Shown here in pieces: positions 36,201-50,000 of a DNA stretch of 64,000 nucleotides. The notes under the pieces are model-generated. The model was not told where the DNA came from. It searched no databases and saw only the letters and a list, made by a program, of their open reading frames with translations. Each line of letters starts with the position of its first letter. Positions within the stretch are counted from its first letter, which is position 1. Source of the DNA: Psammoneis japonica (Eukaryota); assembly GCA_008632985.1 (NCBI GenBank), contig QPGO01000239.1:1-64000 (forward strand). The letters are read 5' to 3'. The translations under genes were made by a program, and so were the position numbers.

Positions 36201-37269
36201 AGGTGGGCATGAAATGCACTGCAGACAGGACATGACAGGCCACATTGGCAAATGACATGAGAGACAATGATGTCAGTTCCATTGTGGAAAGCAGTCTCTG
36301 CAACAACAACAAAGCTGTTGCAACACTTGCAACACCTTGCTTTGCATGCACAATGCACTTGCCTGTGCCAAATTTGAATGTTGAGTTCTGCAAATTAGCC
36401 ACAAATGTGGGATGCAAAAATGGCCCATCGCATGTTCACAAGAACTCTTTGACACACTTTCAACCACTGCATTGTCTCACATTTAAATGTGACACAATGG
36501 AAATCTCCTGGCTCAACCCCAAACTAGACCCAAAGTCACCCAGCTCCTTTCGTTGTCACTTCCGGGGACACAGCACACATTTTGCCATGATTCAGTGCCA
36601 CTCTCACACACATTTCTGTTTCTGTGCCCCTCACAAGTGATGAATGAAGTGGGTGATTCCACAGCATGCTTGGCACACATGCATTGATTGACATGGTGTC
36701 ACATCACATCTCTTTTGAGGAGCAGCAGTCATTTTGTTCCAGCTCAGCAACCAAGAAAAATGCATGGTCCCAAGCGCCCATGTCAACAAGACCTTGGACA
36801 AAGTGACAGTTCATGATTTGGGAAGCCCTTGGGCCTTTCTCTCCCACTCCAGCAATGGTTGTCATTTGGTGCATTGTTTGAGCAGAGTGGGTGGCACCAC
36901 ACAATGTCAAAGCACAGCTGAAGTGCAAAAGCAAAATTTCAAAATCCAGCCCCCAATTTTGGAGTTTGCCAAATGTTTTCTAAAACTGGCAAAAGCTGAA
37001 TCTCAAGATCTTTTTTCTGATTTCCAAAGATCTGGGATCTGCTGCATCTGACAACCACTGTTGCCACCAACCAGAGCGGTGCCTGTCTGTGCCAACCACT
37101 TGCAACTTGTGTGCCAAGTTCATGGAGTTGCCCAGTCATCTTGTTGTCTGCTCCGTCTGTTGCATTCTTTCCCAAGAACAGCCAATTTTTCCTCACAAGT
37201 CCATTCAAATGTCAGCAGGCAATGATGGAACAAAAATGCAAATTTGTTGGATGATGTCAGGGTTGGAGA

Positions 37270-39260
37270 TGGTTTTTGCAGGACAGACAAAGTTGCAGCA
37301 GTGCAAGGTGCACTGGCAATTGTGGACAACATGGCAAGTTTGCATCACAACTTGGATTGAGTTGTGCATTTTGCACACACTTTTTGGCTTCTGCACCCAG
37401 TTGACATGGTGATGACAGCTGGTGGCATCAGCAGCAAATGTGTTTGCAAGCCATGTGGTGAGTTGAGAGACTGTGAGACAAAACGTGTGCCAGTCGGCAA
37501 GTCACAAAGCTCCAACACAGAAGCTGAAAAGTCATGGCACAATGCTCAAAGGAGTGGCATTGTTCAAGGGCTGGAAAGCCAAGCGGAATCCACAGAATGA
37601 GGGCTGGGAAGCTGAGAAGAATCTGCCAATGAGGGCTGAAAAGTCAACAGGAATCCAAAAGAAAAATGGCTGGGAGGTCAACAGGAATCCAAAGTTGTGC
37701 CTCTTGTCAGCAGATCACAGCAAATGAGCCAGCTGGGTGAGGGCAAAGAAACAATCTCTGGAGGGCCTTGCTGTCAAAAAAGCTGTCAAGGTTCTGCTAA
37801 AATGGGGTGTGGCAAGGTTGTGGTGTTGGGGTCAGTGACACAGAGAGCACACCTGTTGCCAAGCTTTGGAACTCCAACACAAATCCTGAAAAAGTTGGGT
37901 GAGGACACAGCTTGGTGCAGAAGCATGAAAGAATTGAACAAGTGGGTGCATGATGCCATTGTTGAATCAGGGTGACAGGCAGACAGATGCACGGACACCA
38001 TGAGGAAGATCCGTGAGTGTGTCAGAAGAATGTTTGGGCTGGAAATGCAGGCGTCAGTGTGTCCTTGAGGCAGGAGAGCATGCCAGGAGAGCTGGATTGT
38101 CTGCAGGGAGCAAGACACCATGTTGGAGAAGGACAAGGCAATCTGGGGTGAGAAATGTGATCACCATGTGAAACAGAGGGCAGCCCACAAGATGCAGAAG
38201 GCAAAGGCATTTGACACAATTGTGGGGCAAGAATGTGCAAAGGCAGTTTGTCATCACAAGCTTGAAGGAGTGACAGAGTTCATGAGTGGGACATGACAGC
38301 ACTGTTGGATGTTCTCAAGTTGTTTTTGTTCAATGCAAATGAGAAGAAAAACCCGCATGATGCATCCAGACAGTTGAGGCTTGGAAGCAGTTGGCACTCA
38401 TTGGTCAAGACAAAGGAGAGGTGCTTCAAGACCATCAAAATTGGTTTGTGAGTGTGGTGGAAATGGTGGAAATGTCTTGTGGTAGAATCATCCCAAAAGA
38501 AATCACCAAGAAAGAATGTGGGTTCAGCAAGGATGCTGATGATGCCCGGAGCAAAGAGAGGAACAAGTTGTCAGCAGCAGCAATGCCAACAGAAGATGCC
38601 AAGGACTGTTGGCATGTTGCCAAAGACCTGCATTGGCAGCACACATTGGGGATTGACATTTGTCCCAATTCAGCTGAGGAGGCACTGCAGGTGTTGGACA
38701 CAAGAAACCTGAGGGCACAAGATTTGCAGGAAGAAGATTGCATGCTGGAAGTGCAACAAGGTTGGACATCCAAGGAAGGATTGTCCTGACAGTGACCATT
38801 CATTGGCAGAGTCAGGCAGGAATTGTCAGAACAGCTGACATGGTGTTGGGTGGCATGGTTTCCAAGTGTGATCCTCCCATGCTCAATGCACATGCAGTCA
38901 AACAATTGATGTCTTTTGCAAAGGAGTGCATTGGAACATCAGAGGGTCAGAGGTGGTTTTTGCAGGACAGATGGACAAAGTTGCTGTGCAAGATGCACTG
39001 CAAACTTGTGTTTGTCACTCAGATTGAGTTGCAGGTTTTGTGCTCACTTTTTGGCTTCTGCATTAAGTTGGCATGGCAATGACACCCAGCAACATCAGTT
39101 GATGTGTTTGTGAGCCACACGGCAAGTCAGGAGATGGTGAGACTGAATGCACACCAGTTTTGGCAAGCTGTGGAGCTCCAACAAAACTGGCTTCAAAAGG
39201 CAAAAGAGAGATGGGGCAATGAAGCAAAAAACATGGAGTGCTGCTGCTGTGGAATGCATG
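37270..39260 (+). mobile_element. Degenerate Copia (CoDi-like) gag remnant flanked by diverged ~280-bp direct repeats (about 37270-37550 and 38955-39200)
   Basis: QDKGEVLQDHQNWF...VE..E..G...DL..QHTLGIDICPNSAEEALQVL resembles diatom Copia gag (Q..ES..DY..RF; QY.LG.D.YP.T...A); both repeats begin GGTTTTTGCAGGACAGA. Confidence 0.55.
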
Positions 39261-42200
39261 CACAGATCTGGAACTGCATTGACAGACATCACAAATGGGG
39301 CTCCAAGTCAGGCCATGCTCCCTTCTGTTTGATGACCAAGGTTCCAGAAAAGCCACAAGCATCAGAGCCAGCCTTGCTGTGTGCCCCCCCCCCCCCCCCC
39401 NCCCCCTGCACCCATCACTTCATTGTGCTGTCACTGTGATGAAAGGCTTTTTTGCCAAAATCTTCCCATTGCCACTCAAAGACACTGACCATCCAAACAG
39501 TTTGTCAGACTGTTTCATGGTTGGAGTTTGACCATGCTGCGGCTGTGTCCATGATGCAGATGCTGTCCTGTCATGGACAAACGCTGGTGCACTTCCTGTG
39601 AAATTGGCACTCTCATGATCACCTGCCTGCCACCACCAAGACCAGCCAACCCACTTCATCAAGACAAAGAGAGGCTCCAAGTTTGCTGCTTTGACTTGTC
39701 GGCTGACTGGACAACCCAACAGAACCCACACAACAAAGAGCTGCAGCTGTGCACCAAGACCCGGCCAGCATCCTTGCCACTGCTGGGGTCATTCAAGGAT
39801 GCTCCAACAGGGCCACAGTTGCTCCAAATCTGTTCAAGGACACCATGATGCTGAAGTTGTCATCATTGGCAGATTGGAGATTGGCTGACAAGAGTCTTTC
39901 CCAGCACTTGCTCCCATGTCAAAGTCTCTTGGCTGCAGCAAAACAGTCAGGCTGAAGCAGAAATGCCTAAAGCTCCAGCGGAAAGAACATTTCTGAGAGG
40001 TCAACAGAGAATCCAAATTTGTCCTCATCCCTTTGTCTGCAAACAATGCATTTGTGCAAGACCCAGCTGTCCATGCTGCTGTCAGCCACATCTCACCACT
40101 TGAACATCAACCCTGCATTTGTGCCACCAGCCATCTCCATCATTTAGAGCCAAGACTTTCCAATGGCTTCACTGATTGGCACAGTCCTTCCAACACTTGA
40201 CCCAGTTGCTCCCACATCTGGGTGGCTTCATTGAAGCAACGAACTGCAACAAACTGGGACAAGAAGTGGGCTCACCTGGTTGATGTGCTTCCACCACCAT
40301 GACTGTTTTGTCATGCAAAAGCATGGTCCAAAGCACTGCCATGTGCTGGCTGGAGTCAAACTTGACACAGTTGTGTCAGGAGTTGGACAAGGTGTGGGAT
40401 GAGGAGCTGTGGTTTAACATTTTTAGAAAAGCTGTTGGCAGTGCTCCTGGATTGGGAAAAGGAGTCACAGTTTTCATGGGAAAACATGTTGGATTCCTTG
40501 CTGTTAGACTCAGAGTAAAAGGTCATGGCATGGATTCAATCAAGTGCAGGTGGCTCAGCATCAGATGCGCATGTGGGTTGAGGCCCTGAGGACACATGTG
40601 CAGCTCTTGCCAACTTCTCAAAGATGTCATTTCCTGCAGCCTCATCTGTGGATTGAAGGGCTGCAGCACCAGCCATTCTTTGGCTGATGTGCTCTGAATG
40701 GGTTGAAAAACAAACCACATTCTTCTGCAACATCACAGTTGCCCTGAATTGTGCACAGACTTCTTGGCTGTGAATGACTTGCAAAGACAACTTCAACATC
40801 ATGCACTTCAAATGCTGGCAACTTCCAGAGCAAGAGAAGTCAGCTGTCAGCTGCACTGATGATGATGAGCAGCACTCCTGAAAAAGCCCTTGAAGTGTTG
40901 CTCATTTGCAGTGCTCCACAAGTCAGAGTCTGCTGCTTCATCAAATTCTGAAGCCATGCCATCTGAGCTTGTGACCAACCCAGTTGCTTGTTTGGCCTTG
41001 ATTTCCTGGCAAGGCTTGGTCACAATTGCAAACTTTGAGGTTTCATTTCTGGTGCCTCCTGTCATCTCCTCATCATTGTCAATTTTTCCATGTTTGCAGA
41101 TTTAGCTTGTTCATTTTCAACGTGAACCACTGCATCTCCAAAGTCAAGTGATGGGTGCATTGAACTCAAACCAGCATCCACTGAAACCTTCTTGTCCTCC
41201 ATGGGAGCTGAGTGGTGCACTGCCAGGGACAATCATGAAGAGACAACAATGTGTTGAGCATGCGGCAGTGCCTGACTTGTTGTGCTTTTAAACTTGGTCA
41301 ATGATGCAAAGAGCAGGGGCTTGATTTTGCCATTGTGGGCAAGCTTTTCCACCACCAGATCAAACTCAAAGCCAAACTTCAGTCAGGTCCACTCTTGCCT
41401 GAGAGCTTGATGAAACACATGGTTCACCCATTTTTCAATCATCCGGCACCCCTTGCAACATCCACATGTGAGGTGCAGGACAAAAAGGGTTGGAACCTGG
41501 AGGTCTTTCTGTCAGTGGGTTCAATCAGTGTTCAAAAAGATGTGCACGTGGGTGACAAGGATCTTGGTCAAACCAGACACTGGTCGACTGTCTTGTGCAC
41601 CCAGTGCAAAGTGCAAAACTCAATGCATGCCCTCACAGTGAGTTTTGTTGCTGCTTTTGGTGTGCCAGCCATTGCCATCAATGGCAAAATGAGACACCAG
41701 CACTCCCCAATGTCAGCTGCCATTGCAAGCAGCTGAGGTCAGCTTTTGCTGAATGATCTGTGGAAATGTTGCACCACAAGCACTGGAGTAGAAAAAAGTG
41801 ACACACATGAAAAAGGTGCTTGCAAAAAAGTGCACTTCCAACTTGTGTGTTCAAAAAAAGATGATTGCTGCTTTTTGTTTCCATTTAATGTGAGAAGTTG
41901 ATGGGGAAAATGGAAGGTCTTCATCTTGGTTGCTTGACAACAAGCTCTTTGCAGTTTGGACAAGCTGGAGTCCTCATGGTTGATGCTTGATGCTGCAGCA
42001 GGTGCTGTGCACCTCTTCGTGCTTGACCCTCTTTTTGCACTTCAGTCATTTGTCAAGTTCTGCAAGCATGGAGCTGTGCTGGTTTTATCTGGCTGTTTTT
42101 GTCTTGGATGGTTTGCACCTGGGTGGAATGTCAGTGCTGGGGAAGAGACAAGAGACAGTGTGCCAATCCACAAAATTCTTGCCCTCATCAAGGATGAAGA

Positions 42201-42379
42201 GCAGACTGACACATGGCTGAAAAATGATTTGTCAAGCCACAAAATGCATTTGATCTCCAAGAAGTGCAGTCCAGAGCTGGGGCAAGGGGCACTTTGTTTT
42301 TGACTGTGCAGCTCCATCCACCTCCTGATGTCAACAAAACTGGCAAGTCCAGAGACACACTGGCAAACTGAGCTGGCTG

Positions 42380-43020
42380 TCAAAGTTTGCTGCAACTCAC
42401 AACATGTGCTCTCTTTCACAACCTTCATTCATCCACCAGCATCTTTACAAGCATCAGATGCTTCCAGTCATTTGCAGTTTCCCACAATTTGTGCCAACAG
42501 CTCAGCCTCAAATTTGGCTGTCACATTCCCTGACCCCTCCCAACTTGGCCATTATTCTGCATTCCCAAGACAGTGGCTGCACCACTGCCCACACTCATTG
42601 TGGAGTGTTTTGACAGACACTGTCCAAAAACATTGCCAGCTGCAAAGGTGCCTTGGACAGATGTTTGTGCGCTGGTGCTGACAATTGCCTTCAAGCACCT
42701 AAGATGCTCCTCATCAAATTTGACCTCATCTTTCAAAAAGAAAGTGGATGGAGCATGTCCAGCGGCAACAAACAATGCTGCACCATCATTGACCTCACTT
42801 TCTTCCTTGGTTTTGACATCCATCAATGCAATGCCAGTGACAACCTTTGGCTGCTCAGTGATGAGATCAATGTCACTGCTTTCCCTGTCTGTTGCCTCTG
42901 CCATCTTTCCCAAAATTTCCTTTGCTGTGGCACTCCATTGAATGTTTGGCAGAGGGTGTTCAATGACTTGCAGAGCCAGCACTTTTGACTCCCCAAACAT
43001 GTCTCTTTGATGAACCAAAT
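42380..43020 (-). pseudogene. Mutated duplicate of the last exon of the thioredoxin reductase gene at 50819-51445
   Basis: Colinear nucleotide match (e.g. GCCAGTGACAACCTTTGGCTGCTCAGTG shared exactly); translation HQRDMF..SKVLA.QVIEHP...EQPKVVTG...GHAPSTFFLK...TSVQGTFAAGNV. Confidence 0.92.
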
Positions 43021-43615
43021 TGGCAGCATCACAGACGGTTGATTTTTGTGCATGTGAAGCTGGCATGCTGCAGCAGCAACACCAGCTCTGTTCTGAAAAG
43101 AGCAGCTTCTGCAAGATGGTTCAGCAAGAACCATGCACTTTGGTCACAATTGATCCAAGATCTCGCAAGACAGGGTTCGTCTGTCCTCAAAAGCCGGTGG
43201 CAGGTTGCTTTGGAGTTACAAGGTCAGAACAAGCAGACACAACAAAGTCGGAATGAGTGGACAATGCAATGTGCTCATGTCGACTGATGACATGTGGGTT
43301 GGAAGAGCTCTGCCAGATTGGTGTGTTGTCCACCCAAAAGAGGCAAAGTTCAGAAAGACATTGTATGTCGTGACATGAGTCGACGCGAGATGATGAAGTC
43401 TCTGGCCGGCACCTGGTGAAAATTACATTTGATTATTCGACTGACATTACACTGTTGCACCACATTTTCTACTAACTAGTTAAAGCACATACAATATGAA
43501 GCCGTGCACTTCCCGAGCGGAAGGCGAGTATGGTAGAGGACAGAGGAGACACCACAGAGGAGGTTTCCACTTGCCACCTTATTCTCAATTCAGCTTCAAT
43601 ATCTTAGGAAACCTG

Positions 43616-46292
43616 TTACTTGCATCCACCACACTCCCAACCATGGGCACGTTTATGCTTGGCAAACGAATTGGGAATGCATTTTTCAATACATCTACCG
43701 AATGTCTCCGTCTTGAGCGTCACTCCATCCAACACACCGAAGAGAGTCGAGCAGCTTTCCTTATCCGTGCACACGGAAACAACGGACTCATCCGGCACTC
43801 CGTTGTTGTTAGTGTCATTACTCAACCCACAGCTGGCATATTCACTACAAAGTCCCCCGAGAGCTGAGCATTCAATATCGCAAATATCGGGGATACCATT
43901 GTCGTTGAAATCCGTGTATTCTGATGCTTCCAACCACACTCCCTGTATAATGTTCGATTCTCCAGTAGAAGAAGCAGATGACTGTATCGAATCTACTCCT
44001 GATTCTTCTCCAATGTACCAGAAGCGGACAATCCCATTTCCATCAGTGCGACAGTCAGCGGGATCACAATTGACGGTCGCACCAGCATTTGGGCCTGAAA
44101 TTACATCGATATTTACTAACTTGCCTGCTACAACCTCTCCATCCATACGATATGTGACGAAGGCTGAAAGAGTGCCTCCCTCTTCTTGAGCACTAATCTC
44201 TGGAGACATGGACAACGGAAGAGGATCACGGACGGTGAGGGCACAGTCCGCTGTTAGCACCGTGCCCATCACACCAACCGTGACAAGTCTTTGCCCACCC
44301 CCAAGGTCAGAAGGAACGCGGACCCTGAACTCGGCGATACCCGATTCATCCGTCAATCCGGTAGCGACCATACGATCACCAAAGAACACCTTGACCTTGC
44401 TACTCTCCGTCAATTCCCTCGCTTCTAGAATCACAAAGTCCCCAGGATCAACAGGATCTGTTGTTTGATCTTCTGAAGTCAATAAGCAAACCGGGAACGT
44501 GGGTGTCTCAAAAGGGCGAAGTGAATAAGAATCTTCACCTTGAAGATCATCCGGCATCCTATCCGTTTCTACGATTTCGTCATCTGTTTTCAAAGTAGCT
44601 ATTGCCTGGACGCGAACCGTTGACTTGAGAGATCCACCAAGAAAACTGTTTGGTACTGTGAACAAAATGGTGTCGCGCTCATATGTCTCAACATCACCGT
44701 CCTCGGTGTCGTCGACTGACCATACGGGGAGTATGCGAGCACTGAAGCCACAAAATTCTTGTCCATGGCATTTATCGACAAAAACGCCTGTTGTTGCATT
44801 GTATTCAAATATTTTGTCCAACTGCGATGAAGAATACTCGCTCGTCAAGGAAGTGAAAACAAGCACAAACTCGGCCGACTCGAAAGAAGATTCAATTTCG
44901 AGATCTGCTGGCTTCCCTCCCGTGGCACTGTATCCATCCGCATCCAAAACGATGGCGTAAGTACGATTCTCAGTGCCAGATTCAGTTTTCTTAGTAACAT
45001 ATTCAGGAGTTGGCGGTTCAGGGATCTTCCCGAGAAGCTCCAGTAGAAAGAATGTAGTACCTGTCTCGACGTTTTCAGAGATACGGAGATGGAAGAGATC
45101 AAGGGGTGCATCATTGACGTCAAGAACATTATCCCATCTACCATCACCATTTACTGGGGACGGGATCAACACTCCTGGAGGGTCAATGGTTGCTCCATCG
45201 AAGGCACCAGCGGTCGCGCGAGCCTTTCCTCGTTGAAGTGCAGTCATGTCCCTTGACTGTGGGTTCGAAGCATCACAGCAACTGCTGGAAGACATGAAAG
45301 TCAATGGGGTAGCGCATCGGTCTTCGCTGGAATCGCAGCCGTCGAAGGGCCCATCGCTGTCATTATCCACTCCATCGCCATGGTCGAGTTGAAGAACGTG
45401 GCCTACAGGAATGTTAGCGAAACAGTGTGAATTGAGAATGACATACTTGCTTTTACAATACTTTGCCTACGAACTTACCAATTTCATGAGCTGTTATGCG
45501 CTCATTCGTTTGATCAAATACAACTTCATCTCCAACACAACCACTAAGTTGAGTGAATCTCTGGTTATCCCTTATCCAGACAAAGCCTCCAGAATTGTAG
45601 GTTACCACTGGTGGATTACTACAGAGATCTCCAGAGAAGCTGGCTCGTTCAGAAGTGCCAAACAGGGTCGAGGTTGTACCATCAAGGTTTACCCATCGAC
45701 CCAGATTGATAGCAACCACGCCTCCTGGATCCGTAACATCGGCTTCATCGTATAGATCCTCCCATGCTTGTACGCACAATGTCCTAACCAGGTTTCTTTC
45801 ATTGTTGCTATCAAGTTGGCGCTTCGTTACATCTCCAAGATCTCCTGGACACCGCCCACCACAATCGGTCGGACAAGCCTGAGTGGAACACTGAACTCCA
45901 GCATCACAATCAGGAGAGAGCCCCGATGCATCTGGGGTGCATGAGAAGCCTTCGTTGGACCCGCCTTGGCAGAGGGTAGCAGTGGAAGGAGGGCATGGGT
46001 CCCGGATGATAGGGAATCCGATATTTCGAAGTCTGGCTACCGCTGCGCTTCGCAATGATATATCTGCTTGAGGCATATAGATTCGATCAGTGGCGCGCTC
46101 GTGTCTTCGCCAAAGTACTGCATTGTGATCAGGCTCGGGCATCATGTTGTAAGGATTGAGAGGCGCGTTCCCAGGCGTCACAACAGCAGGACTGCCGTCA
46201 ACTGCACACCACTTGACTGGAAGGAAGATGGTATCACCAGCATGCGCAAAAGCAACCAGGGAGGTGACTACCAATGCCACCAAGATCTTCAT
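43616..46292 (-). CDS. Secreted metzincin-type zinc metalloprotease with Ig-like C-terminal domains; intron 45403-45478
   Basis: Signal peptide MKILVALVVTSLVAFAHA; splicing yields ITAHEIGHVLQLDH (HExGHxxxLxH) followed by a Met-turn-like LTFMS; Big_1-like segment (VNIDVISGPNAG...TDGNG.VRFWY) and DxNxNGIPDxCD repeats. Confidence 0.85.
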
Positions 46293-47029
46293 ACCGGTAT
46301 TCTCTCTGCAGAAGAATGGGGCAAAGGGCAAGACTGTCAGCGTCGATGTACCAAACGAGTTAGTGGCAAAGTCAAACAATGGATTCATAGAGACTTCCGT
46401 GGATACGTAAAGGCTCAACATGTGTGGCATAAGAGAAAATTGCATTTCTCCTGTTGTTACAGAGATTGTCCCTCGCAGCGATGATGACACAAAACAACAA
46501 CGTTCCATCAGTGAGCAGTGAGCGGGGCTAAAACGCACAATAATCGGTGACGTGAAGTCTTTTCCTACATAAGCACAAAGAGGCCTGGGCAAGGGATGAT
46601 GCATTTTGTTCAAAGAAAAGGTTGTTGCTTACCTCTGAGCTCTTGACGCTGATCCTTGGTGACAATTTTTTGTGCGGCGCATTGAAGCAAAGAGTTCGTT
46701 TTGTTCTCGCGATGATTCTACGGTTGACTTTGCTTCAAGTGCCACCTAACGATCGCTTGGAAGTATCAATGAAAATATATATGGATGACATTGTCATTGC
46801 ATTCAATTTACAACTTCATGCTCGTACAACACAGTAATAGACATATCGATGATCGCTTGCCGTTCGTACATAACGAAAATGACGGCGGAACCGTTAGCTC
46901 GCGGATTGGGTGAGGCCGGCGTACGCGGCGCTGGCGTTGAAAATTTAAAATTAAAAAGGCGCGCGACCAACGAGACAATGAACCCACCCCATGTCAAAGT
47001 CAATCGCGCTGCAGTGTAGGGCTATCTTG

Positions 47030-50000
47030 AACTCCTTGCAAGATTTTCAATGGTCTTGTTGGACATGGCATCCTGTTTGATCTCTTGCAGTGCATCAGGC
47101 TGTGGTGGCCCCACTCTGCCTCTCTGTCTTCGGTCTTTTGCAGCTTGTTTCTGCTGTGTGTCGTGCAGTTTCCAGAGAGCTGGCACACGTCATTCTTGGT
47201 TGGCTGAAGATGGCCCAGCCACCCTCCACTTTCATTGCAGCTGGCAAAAAAAGCAGTGTCTGCCTGCACCTTTCTCAAAAAGAGGAGGCAGACGGCAGCT
47301 CTCAAAATGGCTGCAGCAGATGCCCCAAATCTGCCAGATTGCACATCCTGTCCCAGTTGCTCCCAAGCCAAATCTCTTTTCTGTGTTGGAGCAGTTGGGC
47401 TGAAGCAAAAACACACCCATTGCTCCTGCAGGCAGTGCAAAAGCACCATCATCTCCAGCTGTGCATCCCAAGAGATCAGCCAACAATCAAAATCCATCCT
47501 TCTTGTTGTTGCCTTTTGTGCAGAAATGATGCTTTTCTGCGTGAGACCCAGTGGTCTGTACAGCAGTCATGTCTTGCCTCTTGGACATCCACCCACTGAT
47601 GCGTGCCACCAACATTGCTCTCCCATGAGGCCCAGCAGCAGCCTGGGGGCTCTGGGTTGAGCACACCACCTCTGTTTGCTTGGCTGCAGTGGTGCCAAGG
47701 CCTTTCCAACAACTTTGCCAGCTTCCAATCTTTCCAACACTCAACCCATTTGCTCCCACATCTGGGTGGTCACATCAAAGCAACAAATGATGACAAAGCT
47801 GGGGCAAGAAGTGTGTGCACACATGCAGCTGCTGGTGTGTTCTCACCACCATTGCTGCTCCACTGTGCAAAAGCACCAAGTTCTTGAGCATCCAAGCACC
47901 AACCAGCCCAGCCATGCAACACCTTTTCAAAGCACTGCCATGTCCTGGTTGGAGTCAACAAAATTGACATGGATGGAATGGGAGTTGGAGTGGACATGGG
48001 GCACAAAGAGCTGGGTTGCAAGAAGCTGCCAGCAACTGGACTGGGAAAGAAGAAAGGGGTCAGAGTTTGCATGGGAAATGTGTTGGATTCGTCCTTCCCG
48101 TGAGACTCACAGTCAAAGGTGGCAAGGCTGGATCAAGTGTTGGTGGCTCTGCATCAGGTGGTGTGTGTGTGAGAGTGTGGAGACCCTGTGGACACACCAT
48201 GCACAATGCTTGCCAACTTCCCAAAAAACATTTTTTGTCTCCTGCATCAACACCTCTGGGCTGAAGGTCTGCAGTGCCCAAGCCACCATCATTTTCATGT
48301 GGTCAGTGTGCTGAGTGGGCTAAAGAAAGTGCTCTTTTGGCTGCAACATTGTTGTTGCCCTCAGCTGTGCATGTGGCTTTTTGGCCACAAATGACTTGCA
48401 ACAACAACTCAGAATTGTTTGTTCTGAACACTCATGTTTGCAAGCTCAAAGGAAGGTGACTTTAACATTTTGTGCTCCAAATGCTGGCAACTTGTCTGGA
48501 GTGAGAGAAGCTGGTTGACTCTGTGCTCAGCTCCCCATCTGCCTGTCTCCTTTTTTCTTTTTGAGTTGTCTGCTGAGTGCAAATCAATGGCGAGCTTCTG
48601 TTGTGTCCTTTTGTGTCAGTGTTGGCATGTTCTTCCCTCCTCTGACTCTTCTGAGTGATCTTCATCTGCAATTGTTGGATCTGCCAGCGGTGTGTTGAGT
48701 TTCTTTCTTTCCACTCTTGTCAATTTTTGGTGTGGTCAATAGAGTGTCATTCTCCCAGCAGGTTTGAGCCCAGTTTGTGCAAGCATTTTTTGGTGAGCAA
48801 GCTGCCACTCAGCATCAGGTTTGTTCTTCTTTGTTTTGCAACCTGAGTTTGTTGCCAAACCATCTTGTCCTTTGCTGTTTTTCTTGTTTGTGCCTTTGCC
48901 ATGCATGGCACAAGTTAGTGTGTGTTTTTTTCTAGAACAAGCCCTGCTTCCTGCAGCACCAGTCTCTCTGTTGAGCCACTTTGTTGACAGCTGGTTCATT
49001 CTTTTCTTGTTTCTCATTTCATTTTGTTCTTGTTGATTGAGTGGGCTTCAGTGGCATTGAATCTGGCTGTAAATCATGCACCTCTGCCAACTTGTCGCCC
49101 TCCTCAAACTGAAAGGGAGAGTGTCATTCTCTCCCAGGTGCCTGATTTTTGCACAAAATTTGTGCAGAGATGTTCTTTGACTCTTGTTGTTTGTTGTTGA
49201 GCACAACTTGGGTTTGTTGCAGTGCCGTCGCATCTTGTCCTTTTCCTTTTTCTTGTGTGCATCTCAGTGAGAAGAATTGTCACTCTCTTTTCTTGTTGTT
49301 TGTCAAGCAATTTTGGTTTGTTGCAGTGCCATTTCTTCTTGTCCTTTTTCTTTTTTCTTGTGTTCACCTCAGTGAGAAGAATTGTTGTTGCTCTCTCCAC
49401 TCATGGTGGGATTTGTCCAGCTTGAGTCTCATGCATGCATGTGCCAGGTGCTGGACAGGATCTGCTTGTTCAATCCATTGCACATCAATTTACTCAGCAG
49501 TGACTCCATGTGTTTTTTCCTGCATTGTGCACACCTGCTGCATGCACCTGCACAGCAGGCGGCAGTGGATGAATTGGAGTGGTCACACCTTCCTCCATCA
49601 AGCCTTGCTTGTCCTCCATGGGAGCTGAGAGGTGTGTTGCCAGGGGGACAATCATGAAGAAGAAAATGAGGCATTGTTGCTGAGCATCTGTCTTCGGCCA
49701 CTGCACACCTGAGTCACTGCTCTCCAAGTTGGTCAACAATGGCAAAAAGCAGGATCTTGATTTTGCTGCCACAGGCACACATTTTCACTGCCAGATCAAA
49801 CACAAAAGTTGTGTTGATGTGTTTTGAGCCTGTTGTTAAGAAAGCCATGCTCTCACATGAGACCTTCATCAGGAACTTCTTGACTTCATTCAGCACCTCT
49901 TGCAACATCTCCACATGAGAAACAGGATAAAAAATTTAGAGCCAAGAGGGCTCTCCAGTGATTTGCTTGGCTGGGGTCTGAAGAGATGCACACAGGCAAC

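Larger units (their letters stand above)
27030..43340. other. Hypermutated block C (TE nest plus duplicated host sequence)
   Basis: TpA depleted throughout; CpG retained at about 27.0-28.5 kb and nearly absent beyond. Confidence 0.9.

Noticed and set aside
39384..39407. Poly-C tract containing an N, a possible G-quadruplex or gap
   Set aside because: Homopolymer with an ambiguous base; length unreliable and no further support.
28700..43300. Hundreds of overlapping 60-260 aa Cys/His-rich ORFs suggesting metal-binding proteins or an alternative genetic code
   Set aside because: Artefact of TpA erasure: TAA/TAG stops and Tyr codons vanish in all six frames. Neighbouring genes use the standard code with TAA, TAG and TGA stops.
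49195..49390. Two ~115-bp tandem copies in block D
   Set aside because: Ordinary local duplication in decayed DNA with no additional structure.
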